DNA from: Trichoplax adhaerens
Lineage: Eukaryota; Animalia; Placozoa
Assembly (NCBI RefSeq): GCF_000150275.1
Contig: NW_002060950.1
Span: 2,778,106-2,842,105 of the forward strand
Length of the DNA stretch: 64,000 nucleotides
Direction of reading: 5' to 3'
Part shown: piece by piece, positions 1 through 13,985 of the stretch
Layout: each line of letters begins with the position of its first letter
Numbering within the stretch: position 1 is the stretch's first letter
Made by a program: the position numbers and the translations under genes
The notes under the pieces: generated by a model
Seen by the model: the letters and a program-made list of their open reading frames with translations, nothing else
Databases searched by the model: none
What the model was told of the DNA's origin: nothing

Positions 1-127
1 TCCCCTTAATCGTATTCTAGTTGGAAAGTAAATAAATATTACCTCTTTAGCATTAGTAGTATTAATTCTACAAGACACTTGATAACATCGCTAATCTAGC
101 CGTTCTCACTCATTCATTTCTTTCCAG

Positions 128-2494
128 TGGTGGCTCAACGTCCAACATGATTATTATGGATTCTACGGGACAAATTATGGGACGTAGTTACGGTACCGGA
201 ACTAACCCATGGGTAAGATTAATAACAGTAATTGATGCACGTGTATAATGATATATTCATAGACGACTTCGTGGATGCTGATAGACAAAGATGAGCTGGT
301 ATTCGCTACTATGGTACACTGTAGTATCCATTCATACAGTATGATGTCTATTCACAACATATTTACCTTACTGTACCAGTGAACACTATTCAGCATGGAT
401 TTCGCTGTCTACGCTCGGCCTAAAATGGATCAGCAATCGTAACAACTGTGCTAACCTGTTCATTGCTAGTTTTGCTTAATTCATCTCAATACTCTACTGA
501 CACACGAAAGAGATTCTATAATAACAATAACTGCGATTTGAATCTAAACTTATTATTCATAAATCCTACATAGCTTATTGGTCGTGATGAATGCGTTGAT
601 AAAATTAAAGAGTTATCTGATGAATGTAAGCGAAATGCCGGTCTGAGTCAAGATCAGCAACTGCAAATCCTGGTATGTTATATATTCTATATTTTTAGCG
701 GAATAAGATTGAATTTTCTTCTCTATACCTTTTTATGTAGGCTAACACAATGGATGACATTTTAATAACTATTATTATTATCGATAGCGACCGTTATTAA
801 CAGTCAAATAAGCTACCAGTACATACACAATTCTCTTACTACTATATTACAAAGTATTCTTATAAGCGTATATATACTGCATATCATGTAAATTTTCAAG
901 TAAAATTGCATCTGTACATAACTCATGAACTGTTGAATAGGGAATGTCAATAAGTGGTACTGAATCACAAAGTACACAAGATGAAATTATTGGCAAACTT
1001 CATGATCGCTATCCTAATCTTAGCAAAAGCTATTATATGTGCAATGATACATTTGGCTCGCTAGCTACCGGCTTTGAAGCTGGTAAAAAACATTGATAAC
1101 ATTGATTAAGGATCTATCGATACAATAGTTCGAGATGAGTTTGTTACGATCCAAGCGCGACAGCTTCAAAATTGTTTTGCTTTATTTTTAAAGAAGGCTA
1201 TATTTTTAGTACACTTATTTATCTCTCTTATTAGGAATTGTTCTGATATCTGGCACGGGATCTAATTGTTTATTAATCAATTCTGACGGTACAACTCGTA
1301 ATTGTGGTGGCTGGGGTCATCAATTAGGGGATCATGGTGGAGGTAATTGTACTGTAAATGTAAATTTATGCTTCTGCTCTGTTCATATTTCTTGAACTAC
1401 ATAATTCTAGGCTACTGGATAGCGCATAAGGCAATTACTACCATTTACTATCACTGGGACAATTTCGAATTATCCAAGCATGATATTGGAAAAGTAGAGA
1501 AGCTTCTAAGGGAATATTTTCACGTAAGCTCAATTGATCTTAATTGTAGTGTATACGCCTACTTTTATTTTCGTATTATATTCTTGAATTTCAATTTATT
1601 GAAAATCGTATACTCTTATGCATCAAAAATACTTACTTCACTAGGTGGAAGATAAGAACGATATTTTACCACATTTCTACACTAAATTTGAAAAAGGCTT
1701 TGTGGCAAAGTTTTGCACCGCATTAGCTGAGGGTATACAAAATCGCTACTTGTAATTTTGACAACATTTGTAAGCGCAATACTAAGTACTACATTAATAT
1801 AACCCACTCTTTATTTCTTTGAAGTGGCCAATACTGGTGACCCACTGGCATGTGAAATCTTCAAAGAGGCAGGTTATACCTTAGGGAGACATGTTGCAGC
1901 TGTTTCCCCCTTCATAGAAAAGGTATGAGTATGGATTGTATTTTTACGCTATAATGTTCACATTGGCGAAATTTATGGATATATGTATGAAAATAACCAC
2001 ACCGATGCTATCCGATATTTACAAGATTCTATAGTCTAATCACGAGTAATATTGAGACGAACTAGTGGAAAACTGATATTATCGTGATTAAAAAACCATA
2101 AATGCTGTATTTATCTTATCGCCATAAAACTGTTTTGCCATGTAGCCTTTACTGGAACAAGAAAATGGAGTTGCTATTTTGTGCGTAGGTTCGGTTTGGA
2201 AAGGCTGGAACCTGCTAAAAGCTGGTAGGACATCTATTTATTAAATGTTAATTATAATACAATTGAATCTCTTTTCTATTATTTAGTACTTTGCCTATTT
2301 CGTACTTGTTAGGCTTCTTACAAGGAATTCATAGCACTACTGACAGTCAACGGTTGATTAAAAAATTCCAGTTGGCTACCTTAAAGGAGAGTTGCGCTGT
2401 TGGAGCCGCTATACTTGCTGTTAAAGATAAGAAAGATCAATTAGTCGTTGACTGCTCTAAGAACGTTGATATATTTTTTAAGCATACTTTTTAA
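128..2494 (+). CDS. NAGK: N-acetylglucosamine kinase, multi-exon; first exon lies before the window
   Basis: GT-AG exons at ~128-212, 574-672, 941-1082, 1235-1342, 1411-1523, 1645-1732, 1825-1922, 2146-2224, 2313-2494 splice to [67 protein letters not shown], collinear with animal NAGK. Confidence 0.95.
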
Positions 2495-3580
2495 TCAGTA
2501 CTCATTAATAATCAGTCTATGAAATTTTCTTCGATAGCTTTTATCTTTAGACTGGCTGTTAAATGTAAAAATTGTCGATAATCTTGATTATTTTATTTTT
2601 TAAAAGAATTGGTTGCTTATAATTGGTAACTGTGTTCTTATTAGTCAATTAATTGATATTTTTCGACATATAGTCAGTACTACAATATCGTAGACATGTG
2701 TTGCTATGAATTGTATTACGTCCATGAAGGAATTAGTACAGATTTAATTGTTAATTGTGATCAGATATTTTTCAACCCTATTAGAAGACAAAACATATCG
2801 TATGTTCATTCATTAATTTTTATGTATTGATTACGGTCTTCATTGCCTACAACCAAATATTTTGATTGCTTTCAAACGAAGACAAACTTGTGTTCTTTGT
2901 GCAGATATGACGGCAAAGCGGAATTTTACGTTTGATAGCGAGTGATTTATACCTCATGTCATAGGATGTGTTGTATTAGTGAACCTCAGACATTGTATAT
3001 CAAAGAAATTATAACACATTTTTAATAAAATATTTCCTGACAAACCCTCCAAGTTAACACCAATAATAGCTGCTGGGTATGCATTGATGGACGATATTGA
3101 AATACAAATATCCAATTATTTTACTGCATTAAGTACTGCAATAATCGTTCGATTACAGTTTTGTTTCTATATAGCAGAATGAATTGTACTCTACAGAATG
3201 ATATGGGTAGATTGTCAAGCATGCAGCCTAATAATTACAACTTTTATAGTGGTAGTTAATGTTGAAGATTAGCCGGAACTAATTAATTATCGCTAATTCA
3301 GTACATATGCTTGCTAGAAATCTGATCTTCTGAAGAGGCCTTATGAAGTCGATTTACTCGCTAAGAAAATTTTATTAAAAATTAAGAATTAAATATTAAA
3401 CAATCTAGGATAAGAATTATTTAACCCTTAGGCAATATCTTGCCGAAACGATGGTTATCCTCAACCTATATTTGCAGCTAATACTAAATTTTATAAAAAT
3501 GAACGGGGATTATTTACAGAAGATAGATATAAATTTTATCAGTTTAACAAATACATGATCTATGGTGATAAAGTGACGTT

Positions 3581-6453
3581 CTAGCGGCGAGGAGATCTTC
3601 TACGATGATAAGTGTCTCTGTCTTTTAAGTAATCCTTACTAGAATTTCCTCGAGCTTTATCAGATCTATATCTTGTATCATCCCTATAATTATCTCGCTT
3701 GCTTCTGCGACCGTCATCACGGTCAGAATGTCGTTCGTAATGCCGGTATCTTTTATCATCATTATGCCTCTCCTTACGTGAAGAATCTGCCCTTTGATCA
3801 TATTTACTTGAGGAATGTTGTCTCGGTGAAGAGTCACGGTGTTTATGTTTCTAAGCAGGTAATAAGGCCATAATCGAGCTTTTAAATAACTCCTTCGGAT
3901 AATATATAGTGATTGACACAATATTGTGGCAATTGCAAAATTTAGTTTTCAATGTACCTGTTGATGAGAATGTTTTCGAGAAGAACTCTCTTGATATTGT
4001 CTTCTGTTTCCACTATCTTCTTCATCATCAAACACGAAATCATACCTGTAGAATTTGATGGCAAAGAGTGCTATGCTATTAGAATACTGTAAGAACTTGA
4101 CATCATTAGAAATAAAGTAGCATTGATTATGTCCTGATTTATATTTAAATTTACTGTCGTACTCATTCTTTTCGACGTATTTATCCTTTAATTGTAGCTT
4201 TGTCTGATTTGTCTGTTTTTTTGTTTCTGGTAAGTAAATGTAAAGTGGCAAGAATAGCATTATTGGTATCATCAAACTGAAAAAAAGTTTTACAGTGCAT
4301 AACAAACTACAAACCTTTAGCTTTCTTGAACATATCCCACTTCATTTTTGCAACAGACTGGCTAAAATCAACATGAATACGTCGATCATCGATCAATACG
4401 TTATCCATCTTGAAATACGCTTTCTCACAATTGTCAACCTAATTAATTGAAAAGATTAGCATAATATCATATCAAACATTAAGTTGTAGGTATAATATTC
4501 TTGATAAGTTTGATAAGAGCAATTGAACAAGATGATTAAGCTTACATTTTCGTATTCAATAAAAGCATAACAAAGAGAATCTCCAGTCTTTTGATCACGA
4601 ATGACTTCACAACTGTATCAAAATAGAAGAAAGCTATATCAGGATTACAGTAAAGTAAACTTATAATCACTAACAAGTTTATTGTGGCAAAATTTAACAA
4701 TTACCTGAGTATAGTGCCAAATCGTGAGAATATGATTTCAAGATCTTCAGAAGATGTCACCGGATTTAATTTACATATGAATAAAATATTTTCAGGCGGT
4801 TTTATTTCTGCATCTGGAATATCGCCTACCTAAAAGCAAGAATAGCAGAGCGATTAGATAACTGTAGTACATTCATACATAGAAAAATGCATTGAAATTG
4901 ACTTCGAGGTATCTAATTTGCAGACAAATACGTTAGCGATTGACTTCAGCTAATTCGACTAACCATTTCTAATATATGTGATTCCGCTTTAGCTTTTCTA
5001 TCCTTGCTCATTTCTTCGATTTCTTCCATAGTTTTACCTTCCGTATCATCTAACTTTTCGTCAGCACCAATACGACCCGACTAAAATTTGTTTAGAGTAA
5101 ACATTGTATTTAAGTGTACTGCCTAAATTACTTATAGGGGTCAAATTACCGTAAAGTTCTATCAAATACTGTACAGATGGATCTCTATTCATACCTGTAG
5201 TAGTTCTTGTGTTGGCTCTGGGGATCTATCAGGAATTTCTAGACCTGCCGGATCATCATAAGGATCGTCCAGTACAATAGTATGATTAATCCTGTTGGAC
5301 ATTGCAACGAAAGTTCTTGTTAGAAAAAGTATAATACAGGGCAGGGCATAAATTAAACCAACGAATCAATAGATTTATCAACTATTTAATTCCGTGCCTG
5401 ATGTCACGATAGGGTTGGTACCGATCATCACAAATGGCTTCGTTCATTTTTTGCAGGACATCATCACCTTCTACAACTTGGCCAAATACAGTATGTTGAC
5501 CATCCAAGTAATCAAGATCTTCGTCCAGTGTAATGAAAAACTATGTGAAAAGATGAATAGGCATACTCTTATGAGGAAAGGTATTTATTTAGTTGATTAC
5601 TAATACTAATGAAGTCTGTTGCTTACTTGTGATCCGTGCATGTTGTTTCCATTGTTAATAAATGAGACAGTGCCTAGTTTATTGTGCTTTATTCGAGGAA
5701 CAGTTTCAGCTTCGAAAAACCTTGCTTGTTCACCATAAATTTGTCTTTAACGGATGATAGAAGTACTGATTAATTGTCACAATTAATGACGTCATTGGAC
5801 ATTGGTTTTGTGACTGCATCTTAACTTTAGCAAGATGATGTAGCATACTACTACTGTTACAGTAAAGTAGAAGTTATATTATGCCATTGGAAGGAGCAAA
5901 AATTCGTATCGTATTACGAACACGTATAGTACTTGGATGTACTTTACACAATATGATCTACAGTATATCAGTAACTTATTACACGCTACAAGATAGTATT
6001 TACCTAAAGACAGATTCACCGCCATTCCCAGTACCTGTCGGATCACCCGTTTGTGCAACATAATTTCGCTGCGTATATAGTATAGCATTCATGATGATGA
6101 TATTGAGAAAGATATGCATGTTAATATCAAGGTATAACGATCATTCAATAAAATGAGGTTAATGTTCTTCTAGTTAATCCATTAGGATGGCCTGATTATT
6201 ACCTTAATATAGTGAAACAAACAAAAGTTGTAATACTTGGTTTTGCATAACTTGAGAAAATTCAAGCAAGCTGAAATGGATGAAGAGGAAGACGATCAGA
6301 TGACAATATTAGTGTTTTACTACGCCAAGTTATGGTTCCATGGACTTATCTACGACTTATTCATACGTTGGACTATGACTTACATCGTGGTCTTTCATCA
6401 GTTAACAAATCGATTACAATATCTCCAATCGTGGTCTCAATTAGGACAGACAT
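3581..6453 (-). CDS. PPIL4: Peptidyl-prolyl cis-trans isomerase-like 4 (cyclophilin + RRM + Arg/Ser-rich tail), multi-exon
   Basis: Starts [16 protein letters not shown]; contains [96 protein letters not shown]; ends RRRSPRR* at 3581. Confidence 0.95.
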
Positions 6454-6529
6454 GTTGCCAGCTCGTTTTTGCTGCAGCTCGACTTGATTTCTGGCATTGC
6501 CAACGCTGCTGCCAGAAAGTGTTTGGTTT

Positions 6530-7215
6530 ACGGTACAGTACTGTACCATAGACATGTCCAGTAGGGTACAGTACAGTATCAACCATCTCGCTTACAGTAC
6601 AGTACTGTACTGTACCGTAAACCAACTCCCTTACGGTACTGTACTAAAGGCACTGACAGACAGACATATAGTACGGCTGTACAGTGTACAGTACTAAAGG
6701 CACTGATCGACAAACGTACAGTACAGTACAGTGTACAGTACTAAAGGCGCTGATCAACAGACATACTGTACACTGTACAGTACTAAAGCCACTGACCGAC
6801 GGACATCTAGTACAGCTGTACTAGTACTAGAACGATTACGAGTACAGTACCGTACAGTACTACGGTCACCATGACGGGCATACTGTAGAGGGAAGAACCT
6901 CTATGGTGACTGACAGTAGTGTACAGGACACTACTGATAGCCAAAAAGACAGCCAACTGCAGACCGTTTACTTTACAGGGGTAAAAAGCAAAAAGTAACG
7001 TTTAGAAAGCTTTTCCATTTCATGTTTGCAGTCCCCTAATCCTCCGTAATCATCGTCATACAGGTTGATTCGATTTTTTAGTGTACAGTATAATACTGTA
7101 AATCTAATCCCATCAATACTGTACTGTACTGTACAGTACAGTGTACAGTGTACAGTACTGGAATACGGACTGTTACTTTATACTGTAATGTACAGTACTG
7201 CAGTTTACAGTACAA
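6530..7215. repeat. CAGTA/TACTG pentamer-rich field with 4 copies of a GTACTAAAGGCACTGA..GACAGACAT module, in the PPIL4/KIFC1 divergent promoter region
   Basis: Visible runs such as acagtacagtactgtactgta; module copies start at ~6641, 6691, 6738, 6780. Confidence 0.85.
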
Positions 7216-7247
7216 ACCAGACACGGGACTGTAAAGTCGTCATCGTT

Positions 7248-7272
7248 TTTAAATTTCTTCGTCAGCCAATCA
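7248..7272 (+). promoter_or_regulatory. Putative NF-Y CCAAT box (AGCCAATCA) with adjacent TTTAAA (CHR-like) upstream of KIFC1
   Basis: Motif match only; followed by probable 5'-UTR exons (donor AAG|gtaaag ~7472, acceptor tgtag| ~8775). Confidence 0.35.
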
Positions 7273-8821
7273 ACGCTGAGGATAACTTGTTCTCCATCAA
7301 CTATCTTTGTTTCCCGACATTATTGGACACCGTTGCTTTGCTAGCTGCTTTAGTTCACAGTAGATCGCTTCTATATCATAGAATTTCCATGTGTTGCTGC
7401 AGAAATCCAAAGAAATTAATCAACTAGCGTAGTAGCAATTTCTTGACGGCATCTTAATAGGAGAGATACAAGGTAAAGTCAGGTCATAAGACGCATCTCA
7501 GTACCACATTGATTTTAAATTTGTTGTTGTTGGTAGAGGTCGCAAATGGCTTCAAGTTGCAGTCATGTAATTCTCATCTTTATTCAATGCACGAGTAAAC
7601 AGCGCATCTACTCGTATTTTAATCTTATTCTTGAATTATATTAGGGTAAACAGGTCAATTTTGGGAACAACAGAATATTATTCAGTTTGCAAATCCAACC
7701 AATCAAGGTAATATTGTGAGATCAGTAGTGTTCAATCAACTAAGATCGGTAGTATTAAACTGTTTATTTTCCAGTAGTCCAGAAAGATGAGGATACGATA
7801 ATAATTATAATGAATTGTAATGATATGATCTTACAATGTTATATACAAATTTTACCATACGAGAAATTAAAGATGACTGTTGGCTACTCTTGTAATGCAG
7901 TGATATATACAGTATCTGAACTAGGACTAAACGCCACAATCAATCAATACAGGCTTGCTACAGTAGCGTACAGTAATTTACTGTAGACATGCATCAATTT
8001 TGATTGCACACTTTCATAGAGTAACTGTAGAATCGAATATATCCCGAATACACATGCGATCAATTTTCCATTACAGAATTGCAGTAGAGTATATGCATAA
8101 GTGAAAAACACAGTATGGAATATCACAGGATCAATTCCATGATTTCAGGTCGCTTGGCTTATAGAGCCATTTTAATAGCAAACAGCATTAGTCAACATTG
8201 TACGTAGAACATCCCAGCATATCGCATAGGAGTATCGTATACATTTGCACAGTTGATAATAATTATTATATATATAATAAATAGGAATGTAAAAGATTGA
8301 TTGTATGTAATGTACTCTATACGTTTTACTTCAATTTAATGCACAAAGTTCATGATGTTGATAATAATTATAATGGCACAATGATTGTGTATCTTTTCCA
8401 AATAGAAATATGCTACGACAATTGTCTAAACCGATTATATTCAAGAATAGCTAGAGTATATAGCAAGTATACGACCAGTTTTAAGTTTTATTACCATAAT
8501 CGATTGCTTACCCCTTCATAGTGAACGCCAATTATGTTATGTACTGTATTCACAAAAATGATATCTTACCCATAAACATTAAACGATAAATGTGTAAGAT
8601 ATATTCATATGTGTACACTGTACATGCAGTGCGATTATCGTTGCATATAGATACGTATACGCCATAATCATCTTTGGCAAAGTAAGGTAGTTTCTGTACA
8701 GTACAGTATGGAATTAAAATCATTTTGTATACGTTCATTTGTTACAAGCATTACATTGATTTTTTATGTCTGTAGGCTATCACATTATACTAGCAAATTT
8801 TGATCCTCCCAACAATCAAAT

Positions 8822-11800
8822 ATGGATAAATCGACACGAACTGTAAATCTTAAGAGTCAAAGTAAACTTCGACAGCCAACCACGATTAAAAGAGCCTTAA
8901 TAACACAACCAAATCATCACAATTCAGATCAAAATGTAAATCTATCAAAGCAATTCTTATTAATGAACGCATAGTGATAGTTAAGTTAATAAGCTCATGA
9001 CTAAGTTAAGCTAATATAGTTGAATGAACTATTACAGCTTGAAATATCTTTAACAATGCTATATTTTAGAATGTACAACCTAAATCGAAGAAAATCAAAT
9101 TAGGCATTGATGGCAAAGAAAATGCGCCTACTCACGGACAGACTAAACCTCGGTCAAAAATATCAAACGCTACTAGTGGTCGTCAACCATGCTCTAAAGT
9201 TATTTCAGCTTTATCAACACTCGCAAAAGGCGGACGTAATACGAATGATCGCAGCAAAAAAATCATATCAAAGCCTGTCGCAAGTAAGACGGCTAAAACA
9301 GGAGCCGCATCATCAAGGTCAGCACCACAATCTAAACGTGTCATTACCAATACCAAGGCGACTAATAAAGCAAGCCAAAGTAAGAACAGCGCTCAATCAT
9401 TTAGCATCGAAGGTAAGCGTATACTGACTTAATAGTAGTTAAATCTATATCGGCGTTGTCCTCCTTGTTTTAATAAGTTAGTGCTATAGAGCTATTGTTA
9501 GCTTAAAGTTGCCCGTTAATAAGTTTCTTCATTGGATACAGTATACTGGTATTGATATAATTTAAAATTATGCAAAAGTTACAATTATAAAATATGATTT
9601 AGTAAGCTACTGAAAAGAAAAGTCCTTACTTTTTACTACGCCATACATTATAGAGTTGGATGTAAAATTAGCCGCAATGCAAGCTGAAGCTAAAAAGTTA
9701 CCAAAATGGGATATAAAACGAAAAGGCGAAATATATCAAGAAGGGTTTCATCTAATTCCTTTGTTGCGGCAATCTTATACTGACCAGTACGGAGATTATG
9801 AGGAAAAGACCAAGCAAATAACGACCGAAAATCAAAAGCTAAAGGATTCGTTCGCCGAATTAGATAAAAATTACAAGTCCAGTACGGCTCAGGTGACTTC
9901 TTTAACGAACCATCTTGATAGAGTACAACGAGAACTTAATTTAAAAATGGAAGAATGTGGTCGATTGACTCAAACAGTTGAGAAGCTCAATAATGAAATC
10001 CATAATCATTTAAAAACCATCGACGAAAGGGATGCAGAGATACGTGAAAACGAAGCTATTAGAAGAAAGCTACATAATGAAGTTCAAGAATTAAAGGGTA
10101 ACATCAGAGTTTATTGTCGTGTCCGGCCATTGTTGAAAGGCGAAGATAATCAAGACTGCGATTTACCAATCACTTTTGATAGTAATTGTGATAAGAACAT
10201 CCAGATACATCATAGTAACACGAATGATGTAAGCATCAATGTCTTAAGTATTTATTTTATTACAAAGATATTTTATATCAAGTATAATTCTGGCTATGGA
10301 ATAATAATCACATTACAGTATTCAAATTGTTGGTTGCTGTTATTTAATAATTTCGTAGGATGGCTGTAGAAGAACTACATCTGAAAAGTATGATTTTACC
10401 TTTGACAAAGTATTCAATCCCACTAGCGCTCAGGAAGATATTTTCCTCGAGATCTCTCAATTGGTACAAAGTGCTTTAGATGGCTACAACGTTTGTATTT
10501 TTGCTTATGGGCAAACTGGTAGCGGCAAAACATACACCATGGAAGGTTGCGTAGATCACAATTCGGGGAGTAATAATGCAAGAGCTGGAATGATTCCTAG
10601 GACTGTCAACCAAATTTTTACATCTGCTAGCGCATTATCTAGCAAAGGTTGGAAGGTTAGTTTTGTCGTTTTAGATACTTACAAATAATAATAAGTTAGC
10701 ATGTTATTCGATTTTGAACAAGATTATGATATAAGCCAACAATTGCTATACACTTCTTGATATTAAATGACTTAATCAATGCAACGTCCTTTAGACTGAA
10801 TTAAAATGAAGAGACCTGATCTAGCTTTAATTTTACTAATGTATCTTGTCGTTTACTATTTGTAGTATGATATTGAAGCTTCCTTCTTGGAGATATACAA
10901 CGAAACTGTCCGCGACTTACTTGAAGACAATCATAAAAAGAAAGAAAATATTAAATACGAGATTAAATTAACGAAATCCAGTAATGGTGTAAATCATGTA
11001 GCAGTAACAAACGCTAAGATAGTTAAAGTTGAGTCTGAAAGACAAGTAAGCATTATAGAGATTAATACAGAATTATAATCAGAATATTTATTTACGTTAA
11101 AAAATGTACCTGATGTTGCTTCATTACATGTTAATTGTATATTTTTGATATGCATATTAAAGCATAACTTATTACTTAGGTGTACGACTTACTGAAAGTT
11201 GCTTCACGTCATCGAGCTACCGCAGCTACAAAATGTAACGAATATTCTTCGCGCAGCCACAGCGTATTTCGACTGAACCTCATCGGTAGTAATAGCTTAA
11301 CTGGACAGAATTGTGAAGGTATAGATCTACAAGCGTACATAAGATTTAGTTTATAGGAAATGAATCTAACTCATTTTACTTAGAGACCATTTTTAACATA
11401 TCGTATGCAACGATCAACCTAAATGTTAATTTAGGGACTTTAAATCTTGTCGATCTGGCTGGTTCTGAACGAATAAATGTATCCGGAGCAACCGGTGATC
11501 GATTAAATGAAGCTAAAAATATCAACAAGAGTTTGAGTACCTTAAGTAAAGTAATTCTGTCACTGGCTAATAAGGTAATACAGTGATAGCATAGTAAAAT
11601 GTCATTAATTATAATTATGCGCTTTCGTTGTTGATAATAATGTTAAAAATTATGTTATTTCAAATTACTAGACATTTACAATCTGGTTACAGCGGACAAT
11701 TTTTTTTGCTTTTATAGGATTCTCATATACCTTACAGAAATTCAAAGTTAACCTACTTGCTACAAAACTCTTTGGGTGGCAACAGTAAAACGTAGGACTA

Positions 11801-12149
11801 GATATAATTGTCTTTATTGTATATTGCAAACTACAGACTAAAGCTTTTACATTTTAATAAGTAAGAATCTTTTTTGAACGTATCTAAATATCGCTATGTA
11901 GGTTAATGTTTGTGAATATTTCACCTTCCATTCATTGTTTTCATGAGAGCTTAAGCTCTTTACGGTTTGCTACTAAGGTAAGCTGATGTTCATTATTATT
12001 AAATTATGTCTCTAAATTATCAGTGCTGAAAAAGTAATAGCGTCAACAAAAATAATATGTATGTTATTAATATAACTTTGGCTTTTGCATTGAAATGCTT
12101 TTAGGTCAATAATTGTCATATTGGTACTGCAACCAAGAAAGTCAAGTGA
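8822..12149 (+). CDS. KIFC1: Kinesin-14 family C-terminal motor (KIFC1/HSET/Ncd-like), multi-exon
   Basis: Basic N-terminal tail, coiled coil, neck [24 protein letters not shown]-loop [64 protein letters not shown], ending [14 protein letters not shown]. Start ATG 8822 is inferred from exon phase. Confidence 0.93.
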
Positions 12150-13402
12150 ACGTAATGTGTCCTTCGACTACATTTACTTTAAATATAACCTGCTATGCAC
12201 TATCTAATTTCATTATCATGAAATGTTGCACCGAACGAACTGTAAATAGCAAAGGATTCGATTATGAAGTCATTATTTTTACCAACGCTAGATGTTAAGT
12301 TAAATGTGAAGAGATAGATAGTTTATTCCCTTAATAAATATGAGAGGTTATAACTGCTAGCAACATAATGCCTCACATTTTAGCTAGAGGTCAATTTAGA
12401 ACAAATCTTACAAATGTAGACATAAATTCCATTTAGTATACCGTACTTATTTACTATTAATCAGCGGTGAGGTGATCAATTATCGTTGAATAATTTTTGA
12501 TAGTAAAACGCAAGGTTTGAATTTTATATAGCAATTACAAATTTTTCTCTCCTTACCTGTTAAAATTACTTGTTAATGACTACTAGATACTGTATGTACT
12601 TTACATGAGAGAGAAAATGAATGCTGCTATTTCTACATTTAATACCTTACTATTTAAAGCCTTCGGGTAAGAACTGTATCCTTGTCTAAACCACGACTTC
12701 CTGTAAATCCTTTATCATTTATAATCAACTTCATTATCGTTGCCAGTAACTACTTCCTATAGCAATAATAAATATTGATTTAATTCCGTGATAAATGGAT
12801 ACCATCATTTTTTCTCATCCTATTAGTAATGCATCCTGATAAGTTTATTGTATTTTGCAAAATCTAACAATAAAAAACCTGGAAAAAATTTATTAAGTCC
12901 AAACTTATGGAAGTGGTACTTTTTATGTATTTATATTTACTAATTAGTATTTATAAAATTAAAAAATATAACATAATATATAATATGATTACTGTATACA
13001 GTATATAGTTTATTTACTCGTTCATCACAGTTTTTTTTCCGATAATAAAAATATAGCAACTGTGTAACCGATTACATACAATTTCCGTACATGACTGTTT
13101 CGTAACTGTATTGATAACTCCTTTGATTTCAAGAAAATGACGATTACTCATGTAGCACCGTCCTAAAGTCATTGTTTACATAACTAAAATATGGCATTAT
13201 TATGCCTCATATAGGCCTTATTTTACAGTATATGATTCGGTGTAGCCTATGCAAAAATGATTGATTGATCCATGAATTAAAATTTGGGCATAATAATGTC
13301 AACTTGTTGGATAGATTTGCATAGACGTAAGTCAACAATGTAATTTCCCCTAATGTGATTGAATTTTTATTTCTATAATAAATTAAGACATTTATAGTTT
13401 AA

Positions 13403-13452
13403 NNNNNNNNNNNNNNNNNNNNNNNNNNNNNNNNNNNNNNNNNNNNNNNNNN
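13403..13452. other. Assembly gap (50 N)
   Basis: Run of N. Confidence 1.
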
Positions 13453-13985
13453 GGCCTCCATTTATTCATTAGCTGACAATGCAGCCCTTCAACTTTGCCT
13501 AAGGGCTTTTATAATGAGTAGAATTCTTCATAAATTGGTAAGCATAGACTGATTTCTTACAATTTCATTCAAATTTGTAAGGGTAGAACGCAGCTGAAAA
13601 ATCTTGGAACGGAAACAAGACGATAAAAATTGGCCTACTAGCTGGGGTTATCGAAGTTATAGTAAGTTTCATACGTAGTATACGCTAAAATTCTTCCTAA
13701 AATAACTTGCAGATGCTAATTTCATAGCTATTCAACAGCTGCTCTTACACTGAGTTTATCGTCAAGGCATATATTGAAACGTGAACCAGAAGATAAATCC
13801 GGCCAGCCAGCTAAATACTTTGTAAGTTTTCTCAATTATATGATAGAGAAATTTATATGCGTACCTTCATCAATTAGTGCTTTAGTAATATAGAAAGACG
13901 GAAGGCCAAGAGTTAGATGACTATCATAAAGTTGGCTTTGATCGGGATTTTTCATAGCTATACACTAGCATTCTAAGAGTAAGAA
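13453..13985 (+). pseudogene. Possible decayed spliced gene or spliced non-coding transcript fragment, identity unknown
   Basis: Four regularly spaced GTAAG donors (~13538, 13662, 13822, 13978) with plausible downstream AG acceptors and exon-like composition, but stops in each spliced frame I tried. Confidence 0.25.

Noticed and set aside
6437-7427. ORFs rich in STVQY/YCTV (also 39621-40336 and 54035-54726)
   Set aside because: These are translations of the CAGTA/TACTG pentamer repeat, not proteins.
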